In this document: one piece after another, positions 23,291 through 33,389 of the stretch
How the letters are laid out: every line of letters begins with the position of its first letter
Numbering within the stretch: the first letter of the stretch is position 1
From: Emiliania huxleyi CCMP1516
Taxonomy: Eukaryota
Length of the DNA stretch: 64,000 bases
Direction of reading: 5' to 3'
Assembly: GCF_000372725.1 (NCBI RefSeq)
Contig: NW_005201102.1
Coordinates: forward strand, 248,001 to 312,000
Made by a program: the position numbers and the translations under genes
The notes under the pieces: model-generated
What the model was told of the DNA's origin: nothing
Seen by the model: only the letters and a program-made list of their open reading frames with translations
Databases searched by the model: none

Positions 23291-24544
23291 ATGAGCGCCC
23301 TCCGCCCAACCCAGCGCGCCCTGCTGCTCGATCTGGCGGTGGGCGACCTGGCCGCGCTGCGAGCGTTCCTGTCGGGGCGGCGGACGCGCAGCAGGTCACT
23401 CACGGCCCAGCTCGACGCGCGGCTCGACACCGAGAGGCAGCACACGCTGCTCACCTGGGCCGCTCGGCACGGGCAAGCCGAGGTGGTGCGGCTGCTGCTC
23501 GAGGCCGGCGCGAGCGTCGGGGCTACGACTGGCGGCGGCGTCTCGGCTCTGCTCGTCGTGTGCGCGGAGGACTACCCCGAGATCGCCCGGCTGCTCCTCG
23601 AGGCTGGTGCGGCGGTCGGCCAAGCCCTTAACGACGGCGCCACACCGCTCTACATCGCGTGCCAGAAGGGCCACCTCGAGATCGCCCGGCTGCTTCTCGA
23701 GGCCAGCGCAGCGGTTAACCAAGCCAAGGGGAATGGCGCCACGCCGCTGCTCATTGCGTGCCTTGAGGGCCACCTCGAGATCGCGAGGCTGCTGCGCGAC
23801 GCTGGCGCAGCGGTCGGCCAAGTCATGGATGGCGGCATCACGCCGTTGATCATGGCATGCCTGCAGGGGCGCGTCGAGTGCGCCCAGCTGCTTCTCGAGG
23901 CCAATGCGGCGGTCAACCAAGCGATGAACGACGGCGCCACGCCGCTTCTCATCGCGTGCCAGAAGGGGCGCCTCGACATCGTCCGGCTGCTTCTCGAGGC
24001 TGGCGCAGCGGTTGGCCAAGCCATGAACAACGGCGCCACGCCGCTGCTCATCGCGTGCCAGGAGGGCCACCTCGAGGTCGCCAAGCTCCTCTCCTCCTAC
24101 GGCGCCTCCCGCGCCGCTACGGCCCTCTGCACGCCCGAGGAGGCCGCAAACAGCGCAGGCCACGCCGACCTCGCCGCCTGGCTGGTCGCCAGCCGCGGCT
24201 GGACGCCGCTCGCGCACCTTGAGACCCTCACCGCCGCCCGCGCTCTCTCCCTGCTGCGCAGCGGCGCAAGCCTGCACGAGGGCGAGCCGACGCCGCTGCA
24301 GCGCGCCGCGGGCGGCGAGGGCGAGGCGGCGGCGCTGATCCGGCGGGCGGCGGCGCCGTGGTCGCCGGCAAACCACTTGCTCTTCCCCGCGGCGGCCCGC
24401 GAGCGGGCGGCGCTCCTCGTCCGCTCGATCTACGCGATCCACGAGCGGCACCATCTCGACTCGGCAGGAAACACGAACGGCATCGCGGCGCGCGACTTTA
24501 GCGCGTGCGTGCTGCGCTTCGCGATCACGCGCGAGTCGGAGTAG
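23291..24544 (+). CDS. Ankyrin-repeat protein, intronless, nested antisense in the lipase-GTPase gene
   Basis: ATG at 23291; about 7 ankyrin repeats; same C-terminal domain as 3..1418. Confidence 0.9.
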   Translation: MSALRPTQRALLLDLAVGDLAALRAFLSGRRTRSRSLTAQLDARLDTERQHTLLTWAARHGQAEVVRLLLEAGASVGATTGGGVSALLVVCAEDYPEIARLLLEAGAAVGQALNDGATPLYIACQKGHLEIARLLLEASAAVNQAKGNGATPLLIACLEGHLEIARLLRDAGAAVGQVMDGGITPLIMACLQGRVECAQLLLEANAAVNQAMNDGATPLLIACQKGRLDIVRLLLEAGAAVGQAMNNGATPLLIACQEGHLEVAKLLSSYGASRAATALCTPEEAANSAGHADLAAWLVASRGWTPLAHLETLTAARALSLLRSGASLHEGEPTPLQRAAGGEGEAAALIRRAAAPWSPANHLLFPAAARERAALLVRSIYAIHERHHLDSAGNTNGIAARDFSACVLRFAITRESE

Positions 24545-25507
24545 GGGAGCTGGCAGCTACTGCTCGCCGTTGACTCGGTTGAGTCATGTCGTGTCCTCTG
24601 AGCTCTCCCGCTCTGTCCACGTGGAGAGCTCTTTCTTTCTTGCATTTTGGTGATATGTGGGTGCGGGTCTCCTATTGGCTATGCGGCGCCTGTGAGTCAC
24701 GCAGTCCGGGACTACGGCCCTACCTGGAGCGAGGGGTCGGATTCGACCTCCATGCCCCAGCTCCATCTGGCCGAGACGACCGCCTTGACTCCCATGACTG
24801 CCATATACATCCGGATCCGCCCGGAGCGAGCGCCTGCAGACCGGCCACACCAGCGTTCCACACGTCGTCCCACATCTCTACGATCTCCTTGCGGGCCTCC
24901 TTGTTGTGAGTGACGGAGCACTGGAACAGCTGAAGCGCGAGGGGCACCACGGACGGGGTCCTGCTCAGCGACAACCATATGAAAATGCTTGACCATCTTG
25001 AGCACTTGAGCACTTGATAGGGTCGATTCCGCATGGTACGGGACCCCTCGATCGTCTCGCCCACCCTCACTGGAGTGTGTTCAGGGGGGGGGGGGGGTCA
25101 TAACAAACACGGTACAGGATCGAGGTGCACGCTGCAGAAGCAGTGTCGTCCCCCCTCTCCCCGACGGCGATGGCGGTGTGACCGATCGAGCTACAAGAGG
25201 AGCTTGCTCAGCAGGATCTGGGATAGTCTGGCGCACTACCTCACTGGGCCTGAGACCGCCGCGACAGCATCCCATCACCCCTCGCCCATCTCGCGAGACA
25301 CATGGTCCGCGCGAACTCCTGGTCCGCAACCAGAGGCTGTGCGAAGGTGTGATGCACTTGATGAGGTCGTGCTTGTCCTTCTGCAGAACCTCACGCCGTA
25401 GCAGGATTGAGGTGGCCAAGCACGCAACAGCGCCGCCCAGACTGTGGCCGGTGAGCACCACGCGCTTGTTCTGCTCGAGTAGGCAGATGATGGCGCGGAG
25501 ATGCCTA

Positions 25508-25953
25508 GGCTGGCCGATTTTTTTGGCGGTATCCGCGGCGGGATATGGCGGGATATGGCGGGATATGGCGGGATATGGCGGGATATGGCGGGATATGGCG
25601 GGATACCGGGAGATACACGCGGATTTGATGAGATACGGAGCCCCCAAGATGTGTTCACGACAACGTCCGTCAAGCGTGAAACCGCAAATCGGACGCATTC
25701 GCGCTTCGACGGCCGCTTGTCGAGCGCTTGTCGATTCCCGTGATTCACGATATACAGAAAATTTCCGCTTGAGCAGGGACCAGGGATCCGTCGCGCTCTG
25801 CGGCCGGAGCGCGGAGAGAGGCCGGGCTGCTCGGCGTGAGGCGGGCAGGATACGGCGGGATATGGCGGGATATGGCGGGATATGGCGGGATATGGCGGGA
25901 TACGGTCAGATATGGAGAGATACATCAAGATACCGCAAAAAAATCGGCCAGAC
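25508..25953. mobile_element. MITE with ~25-bp terminal inverted repeats, probable TA target duplication
   Basis: GGCTGGCCGATTTTTTTGGCGGTATC ... GATACCGCAAAAAAATCGGCCAGAC. Subterminal (GGCGGGATAT)n. Removal rejoins HRGF...VVLTGHSLGG in frame. Confidence 0.8.
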
Positions 25954-26994
25954 TAGGCCTGCGGAGGGGCATGCTCTCCGCCCGGCTAGTGAACCCGCGA
26001 TGGCACTTGCCACCCTCCATCTGCGCAGAAGCAACCACGTTGGCATGTCCGCCATGTCTTGTGTGCCTCGGAATGCAAAGTAGTAGACGGACTGGTACTG
26101 TTGCGGCTGCAGATTGTTTCCTGCCCGCACGAAACTGAGCCCATGGTTGAGGGATGTCTTGGACATGCCCCGCGCAAAGCCTCCATCGGATCCGCCTCGT
26201 AGCTCAGCTTTGACGCCAGACACGCGTTGACCATGTCATCTCCCACGAGTGCGGCGACGAGTTTGGGGCGCAGCGCGTTGCGCTCGTCTTCGCGCTGGTC
26301 CGCCACCGCGCGCTGATTGGTGCAAATCGTTTGAATTGCGCCATTGAAGGTGGGAATGTAGGTAAGCTCCTGCGGGATTGCCCGCAATCCAGCACGCATA
26401 AGTTGCGCCTCGACCTCTTGGCTATCCTCGAACTTGGGTATGTTGAGAAGTGGCTTATGACGATCGGCTGGCGACCCGTTAGGGTCGACAGTTGAGCTAG
26501 GGAGTGTTGCGATGGCCGCCCAAATGCGAACGCAGGAGATAAGATGCTTTGCGGCGACGTTCCGAGGGAAGGATCAAGTCGCCGCTCGGTTTCATTAGAA
26601 GCTCCTTGTCACGTGAAGTTCTACGTGCGTCCACGGGGCCAAGGCGCAGCCGAGCTGTTGGAGAGAGACAGGGGTCTCTCTCGTTGCGCGTTTCCTCCTC
26701 AGCCCCGCGCAGCCTGTGGATTGCGAATTGCCCATGGCCTGCGGCGGCTGGCACGCGGAAGACGGGCGGCGGCTCGGGAGAGGGCCGAACGCTCCTTGAC
26801 GTTTGCAAACCAGGTGCGGCATTGTCCATTGATGCCTTTCGATGCCTTGGGCACGGCGGCTTCGAACGGCGGCTCGTCGCTTCCGTCTTTGAGTCCAGAG
26901 AGGACGGCAAAGCCGGAGGCGCGCCTTGGCATGGTTTTGCCCGCCCGTACACACCATTTAATTAATAAGGCGCGCCCACACAGACAGGTGGTGA

Positions 26995-27140
26995 GTGTGG
27001 AAGAGCAGCGTCCAGCGACGCTGGCCCAGCGAGACGGCCGCGACGTGAGCGATATGTCGGTGCTCGGGGGGTGGGGCTGTCGCAGCGAGAGAGACGGCGC
27101 GCGCACGAGGAGCTCCGTGGGGAGGTCGAGGAGGTGCGGC
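26995..27140 (-). pseudogene. Degenerate F-box-like fragment
   Basis: LLDLPTELLVR and IAHVAAVSL..LLFH with small insertions; similar to 14060..14165. Confidence 0.65.
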
Positions 27141-27221
27141 GGTGGGCAGGGGCGTGCTTGGCGAGGGAGCGGTGCAGGCCTCGCGAGAATACAACGCAGC
27201 TCAGATTAAAATGTAAACATC

Positions 27222-28073
27222 TCATATCACGGACGTTTTGCGGTTGTTGCACGCGAGCGCGCAGACCTGTCCGCGACACTCCGTGGACCCGTCCAGGTGC
27301 TGGACGATGCGGCGAAAGGTGAGGTTGATGCGCTCGCCGAGCACCAGCGGATCGTCCGTCACGTCGCAGCGGTCGCCCGGGTAGACCGAGTGCAGCCAGA
27401 AGAGCTGAAAGAGCCCTTCCATCGTCATCAGGTCGCCGTGCCGCAGCACCGTCTCGTGCGCCGCGCCGCCGTCCCTCCGCCGCACCTGAAAGAGGCGCTC
27501 TCCGCCGCCGGGCGCGCACAGCGAGAGCGACACGATCGTCGCCTCGCGCTCCATCCCGTCGAACAGGAACTCGTCGTCCGCGTGAAAGCCAACCCCACCG
27601 CCGCACGGGTAGTAGTTGAGGTTGACGCAGTTGAGGGAGTCGGCGGGCAGGCCCACAATCTCCGCCACCGTGGTGCGGATGCCTTCCAACGTCCTCACAA
27701 AGGCATCGTCCGTCGCGCGCAGCTGCCAGGTGTCGGCGTACCCATACTCGCAAGAGCATTCGGGCAAGAATGTGACCCACGCAGTGCGGCGCAGCAAAGG
27801 CTTACCTCGCGACTGAGCGTCTGTCCACGCCTCTGCCCCGCAAGCATCCGGGTGAAGCGCGGCGAACCAATCGTCGACAGTAGCGGCGTCCAGCCCGGAG
27901 TGCCGCTCACGGCGCAGCACGTAGGCAAACGCCCGCCGTTTGTCATCGGCGACGAGCGGCTCCCACTGCAGTTCTGGCGAGCGCAGCGTGCGCACAAGCG
28001 CAGGAGGTCCTGGCCTGCTGGTGCGCGCCAGGACGCCCTCTGCGTGTGCCGCATCGCGGCTGCTCTTCCACAT
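27222..28073 (-). CDS. AlkB-like 2OG-Fe(II) dioxygenase
   Basis: NCVNLNYY...GFHADDE (HxD), IVSLSL, LRHGDL.TMEG, WLHSV, RINLTFR. Confidence 0.9.
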   Translation of the reverse strand: MWKSSRDAAHAEGVLARTSRPGPPALVRTLRSPELQWEPLVADDKRRAFAYVLRRERHSGLDAATVDDWFAALHPDACGAEAWTDAQSRGKPLLRRTAWVTFLPECSCEYGYADTWQLRATDDAFVRTLEGIRTTVAEIVGLPADSLNCVNLNYYPCGGGVGFHADDEFLFDGMEREATIVSLSLCAPGGGERLFQVRRRDGGAAHETVLRHGDLMTMEGLFQLFWLHSVYPGDRCDVTDDPLVLGERINLTFRRIVQHLDGSTECRGQVCALACNNRKTSVI

Positions 28074-28422
28074 AACAATTCAGGAGCCCCAGCTTCTTTG
28101 GGGGGTCCGTTTGCCGTCGTGCTCCGCGAGCCGTCGTGATATCTAGCCCGTGTGTGCTGGCGTCCGGGTCCGTGTGGCGGCTCTCACCGCCTCCCCCGCG
28201 CCGCCTCGTCTTTTTCTTTTTCTGAAGAGGAGAGTCCACACCGTGCAGCAGGGAGCTCCGCAACTCTATATCCTTCCTCAAGAGTAACGGAGTCGGCCGG
28301 GGCTACACCAGACAGCCGTGCTCCGGCGTTGCACGGAAAGAATTCGCCGTCTACGCTCACACCCTGCGCTAACTTTATACACCGAAAATAGGGCTACCTC
28401 TCCCGCGTCTCTCAAGGTTAGG

Positions 28423-29496
28423 TTAGGTAGGTCTCTCTCTCAAGCCTGCGATATGAGCCCTCGCCCTTGCCCTCGCCCTCGCCCTTGCCCTCGGCTCATC
28501 TACTTTTGGAAGCGACGCTCCGCGATGATCAAATGACATGGCCTTATCCACGTCCACTTGCACGGTGTGCTCCTGGAGCCAAACTCCGAGGAGGCACTCG
28601 CTGCCAACATGGTGGCTACGCGGCGATGCCGGCGATCGGCTACCCGGTAAGACACGCAGTGGCAGCGAGGCGCAGTTGTCCAGGCTCTGAAATAAGTTGC
28701 ACGCCGACCGGTACACGCCACAGTCGCGGCACGTGAAGTAGCTCTGCACCGTGCGAAAGTAGACGTCGGCGAGAGCGCGTGGCACAATGGCGAAGCGATC
28801 ATCCAGCCATGCCCCACGTCGGTGGAGGACCGTCACGGCGGTCTGTGAGTAGTGTCGAATATCTTGTAGCGGCCGGCCAAAGGTGAGGTCGGGCCGTGAC
28901 CGCACGATGTGCGAGAACCGAGCGCAGTATTTCGCCTCGTGCGCCAGCACCAGCTCGTAGCACGCTTGCACTTTCTCCCACTGCCAGTATCCGCTGCTTG
29001 CACGGCTTGAGCCCAGCGTGCAGCCATGGGTCGGCGCTGCGATGCCAATTCGATGAGGCTGCAGCTCGGTGTGTGTGGCATTTACGATCGCAAGCGCACG
29101 TGCCATCGCACTCACTGGAGCCTGAAGCTGCCTCTCACAACGCGTGGCGTCGCGTTCGTTGCCATGACAGCCTCCTATGCCGAGGACGAGAAAGACTCTG
29201 CTTGCACCATCTCCTCCGAGTGCGTCGATCTGCGAGGACCGAAGGCCATCAGCGACGGTGGGATTGGTAATGAAGTCTCGAGCATCGCCGACTATGCAGT
29301 GAGCCACTCCACCTGCCGCTGGGGCGCTGCATGCGTGCATGTGGGACATGAGACTGCGCAGCGCCACGTGGTGGCACGCGTGGCTGACTGATCCACCTTC
29401 CGCTGTGCACGCTCCGGCCGCCGACGAGCCGCGCGCACGCGACGCAGGCAGCCCTGGCACACGCGCGACGGGCTGCTCGGCACGGCTTTGGCGCAC
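28423..29496 (-). CDS. Putative glycosyltransferase-like protein; 5' end uncertain
   Basis: CIVGDARDF, QWEKVQAC...FSHIVRSRPDL, DDRFAIVPR, SECLL motifs of the RxRPD-type putative GT family. Confidence 0.55.
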   Translation of the reverse strand: MRQSRAEQPVARVPGLPASRARGSSAAGACTAEGGSVSHACHHVALRSLMSHMHACSAPAAGGVAHCIVGDARDFITNPTVADGLRSSQIDALGGDGASRVFLVLGIGGCHGNERDATRCERQLQAPVSAMARALAIVNATHTELQPHRIGIAAPTHGCTLGSSRASSGYWQWEKVQACYELVLAHEAKYCARFSHIVRSRPDLTFGRPLQDIRHYSQTAVTVLHRRGAWLDDRFAIVPRALADVYFRTVQSYFTCRDCGVYRSACNLFQSLDNCASLPLRVLPGSRSPASPRSHHVGSECLLGVWLQEHTVQVDVDKAMSFDHRGASLPKVDEPRARARARARARAHIAGLRERPT

Positions 29497-29797
29497 GGAA
29501 AGAATTAGTTCGCGGCTGTCTGCGCCTTAAACGATATGGAGATATGCGGAGATCAGATATGCGGAGATCAAGTAGCCTCGTCGCCCCCCTCAGGCACCAC
29601 GTTCGCTGGGCCCTCGACCCGCCCGTCGACCGCCGCGACCGCGCCGCTTGCTGTGGCAGCGGCCGAGCCACCACCCTGCAGCGCCTCGCGTGTAAGCCGC
29701 ACCGCAGGCGGGCCGCGCTCGGCAGGGGCGGAGGCGCTGCGCGCCGCGGGCTGGGCGCCCTCGGCGGCGCCGCCCCCTTCGGCCCGAAGGACGCCGC

Positions 29798-31988
29798 TCA
29801 CCGCGGCTGGGATCTGAGCAACGAGACCCATCGCACGGCCCTCGCCAAGTCGCGCGTCCACGGCCCAACCACCAAAGTCTTCTGCGCAGCCACCCTCTTA
29901 CCGAGCGAGCGTGAGACGCCCTCCCGAGCCTCGATGGCGCTGGGATGGTTCCGGAAATGTCTGTGGCCCTGCATTTGGTCGACGTCAACGCCGAGTTTTG
30001 CCCCGTACGTCAAGACGTCTTTAATGAAAGCACAGTTCTCCTCCGTGACGAATCCCCGACACGTCGCCCTCAACAGGCTCGTCATGAAGCGATCGTAGAC
30101 GATGGGCACGCCAGGAAGCGCACATGCGTTCTCCCGCCTGACAGTCTCGGCAAGTTCGGCCAAGGCGTCAAAGGGCTCGGAACCGGTCCTTTCTGTCCAC
30201 GAGGGGTGCCCGGCGGGGGCAACGCAATCTCCCTCACGGGAGAGCATTGTCGCAACCGTGGGGGTTGTCGCAAGTAGCACGACTGTGGCCTGGAGTGCCC
30301 GCGCTGTTGCGGCACTGCCCCGCCTTGCCCTTGTTGTTGACCCAGTGGTCGCAGACGTGGTCGAATTTGCAGGTGCCGTCGGCGAAAAGCTCCCTCGCCT
30401 GGTGCTCGCGACCCACGTTGAAAGCCGAGCACGTCCTGCCTCCAGGAGTGAACTTGCCATTGTATGGCTTCTTGACGCTGCTCGGGCCAGCACCCCCCAC
30501 ACGGGGAGCAGGGCTCGGCGTAGATGGTGGCGTAGCTGGTGGCCCCTCGGCCCGCGGGGTCCCCCCGCGTGTACGAAAAAATGCGACCCCGGGATAGTGT
30601 TTTGGCATCACTCGCTCGGCCTCCTCGTACATGGCGGCGGTGTGAACCTCTTCTGTTGCCTTGGCCAGTGTAATCCGTCCGCCCGACTCCTCGATCTTGC
30701 GCAGGTAGACGACGAGCAGGACGACCGCAAATTGCCAGGTGCGATCCCGACGGAGCACAGAGTCGTGCACGACGAGGTAGATGAACTCGCACAGCGGGAT
30801 GGCCGGGATAGAGACGGCGATGGCCAACATGACAAACAGGTTCAGACACGCCGCAAACTCCGCCTCCGTCTTGACATAGGCAATGGTAGCCTTGGTGCCG
30901 CCTCCCTTTCCGGTCACGGTGGTGACGTCTGCGCGATCGCAGCTCTCACCCCGACTGATGAACGTGGAGACATTCGCCCAGAGCAGCGACATGGAACCGG
31001 TGACGCTCGTCCCCTCTGGTCCACTGAGGCCGTCAGACTCGGTCGCTGAAGTGACATATTTGAAGCCCCCTTTCAGGTAGTCCGTCCACTTTTCTTTCTC
31101 CCTCTCGAGCAGCGCCTTTGCGGCGTCGTCCCCCGCCGTGTCGATCGCCTGGTCAATCTCTTCGATCACTTGCTGGATCTGTGTCGCCGCGTCAATCTGG
31201 GAGATTCTCCCAGTTTGCATTGCCGCCGTCACCTCGGATGGTTTTGTGGTCCGCTTGATCTCGAAAGTCGTGGCCTTCTCGGGTTGGCGGTGCAGGGCTA
31301 CAAAGCGCTGCAGCATTCCCCCTCCCAGGACCCGCAGGAACCGTGGTCGGAGCAGGTTCGCGATGGTCATGGTGCTCACCGCCGCCGTGCCGAGGAGCAC
31401 TTTCGCGTTGTTAGCCACGACAGTGGCGGCGGGGCAAGTCTCGGAGGTGTCGTAGTCGCACGACGCGAGGTTGCCGCCGCACGTCGGGCACACAGCATCT
31501 GCTGCTGCAACCAGGAACGTGAGGAAGAACAAGAGGCTCCCGATAAATGCCCGGCGCGATTGGCCCACATACCGTGGGATGAGCAGGGACAGGTAGTCGC
31601 TGCCCCTGGTGGTCGAGGGTCGCGATCCCCCCTTCTTGTCGCCCGTGGTGTGGTGCTCACCCCCACCTGTCAGCAACAGAACGTAGGCCGTGGTCACAAT
31701 GAGCGCGGGCAGGACGAACTCGAGAATCGCCCTGGGGTACTTGGAGGGGCTGGTGGCGGTGAGAGCTGCGCTCATGACGCAGCCGGAGGCCCCGCCAACC
31801 GTAATGGGTAGGCTGAGTTGGTCTGACTCCATGGTGAGGTTGTTGCCAACTAGCCCCGGAAAGCCTTGCATCAACACGAGGCAAAGGGCACCGACTGCGG
31901 GCACCGAGGCAAAGCCTTGGCCCCACGAAGGCCAGCCCATGTCCCAGACCATAGCTCCCGCGTTCCCGTCGGGCTCCAAAGCAGGCAT
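29798..31988 (-). mobile_element. Truncated Ngaro/DIRS-like (tyrosine-recombinase) retrotransposon: gag-like ORF1 overlapping the RT N-terminus
   Basis: ORF1 30234..31988 ends in CSAFN...CKFDHVC...C......H....C zinc fingers. The overlapping ORF2 has LTYGAKLG...NHPSA...V..SL...GPW, then breaks off before the RT core. Confidence 0.7.
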
Positions 31989-33389
31989 AGCACAAGCCGC
32001 CGCCAGGCGCGCTTGCGAAACACCGACGGCAAACGTAAATTCGTAGGCGCCCGACGGAATTAATCCCGATTAGGCGCCCGCGACACACTGAATACCCCGG
32101 GCGGGCCTCCGCTCCGGGGCTGCTCTATCTCCATTGTCTGCACGCAACCATGGTTATGCCCTTCACACCCCCAGCCCTCGTGTCACCGTTGTCCAACACC
32201 TTTTGGGTGTCACACTGCACAGTCGCGCGACAGGGGTTGAGATCTCCCGCTCAGCCCACCCAGTCGCCCACCGGTCGTTCCCTCGCGCGGCATCGGAGCC
32301 TCCACGTTAGCCACCCGCCACCACTGCCGCCACTCTCCACCGCCACCCTCGACCAGCGTCCTCCACCGCCACCCTCCACCGCCACCCGCCACCACGATGA
32401 CCGTCTCCGCGCCTCGCCTGCAGGAGGACGAGGCGACTCACAGTTGGAGTGACGCCGCCGCTGCTCCCGATACACGCCATGTCCCGCCCAATCGCGAGCA
32501 CGCCCATTCCGTGGCAGCAGCAGCAGCGGAGGAATCGCGATACCGCGGCTCCTCCCAGCACGCCCTCGCCGGTGCCGGCGTTCGCCCTCCACACCACGCC
32601 AGACGACGACAGCAGCCCCGTCGAGCGAGGGCTCGGGAGCATCACAGTGCGGCGGATGACGCCCGGCTCTGTGACAAAGCACCCCGGCGTGCCGAACGTG
32701 CTGCATATGCGGCTGCCGTAGCATGCCGCAGCCGAGGGGCTTGGAGCCTGCTCAGGCCACGACATCAACCGAGAGACGACGGCACCCGCACGAGAGTGCC
32801 GGGGCCGTGCCACGCACCCGCTCGCCGCTGTGGGTTTTGCGAGCCTCAGTGTGCCTGCGCGCGCACTTCTACGTCGATGATGCGCCAGAGAGCCTATGGG
32901 TTGGGCATGATGGCGGCGGGGATTAGCCTCGTCGTCCAGGAGTTGGGCATGATGGCGGCGGGGATTAGCCTCGTGTCGTCCAGGAGTATACCGCGTGTGT
33001 CGGCTCATCTCCGACCTGTGTACGGTCTGACAGCGTGTGAGCGGCGCGGTTTCCGCGTACCCACGCCCGTGTCCGCCCCGTCGTATATACCTTTCATGTG
33101 ACGATTTACCGACTGTACGACCACCGTGTCTGGTCGATGCACGATGGCCGTGGCGGGTACCAAGACGGACAATGGAATAGTCAACGCAATAGAGACGCAG
33201 CTCGCGACAATAGAGGTGCCGGCGCGTGGGGCGGTGCGCGCAGCAGCGCGCGCAAGTGACGCGGGTGCGCCGCCTTGCCTGCTGCGGTTCCGCCGCACCG
33301 GCTTGCGACAGAGTGCGAGTGCACGCGTGCTGCGCCCGAGCTGCGGTGCCGGCGCGGCGCTCGGTGGGTGGTCGGCGAGGCGAGCCCGC

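Larger units (their letters stand above)
21125..26450 (-). pseudogene. Class-3 lipase + C-terminal P-loop GTPase gene, frameshifted and interrupted
   Basis: Lipase motifs: YFAFRGTQDMAD, HRGF, VVLTGHSLGGAVA, VVAEQDP, PHKIKLY. GTPase motifs: GTARLGKST, HT, IMDFPG, HRAD. Multiple frame changes and stops. Confidence 0.75.
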
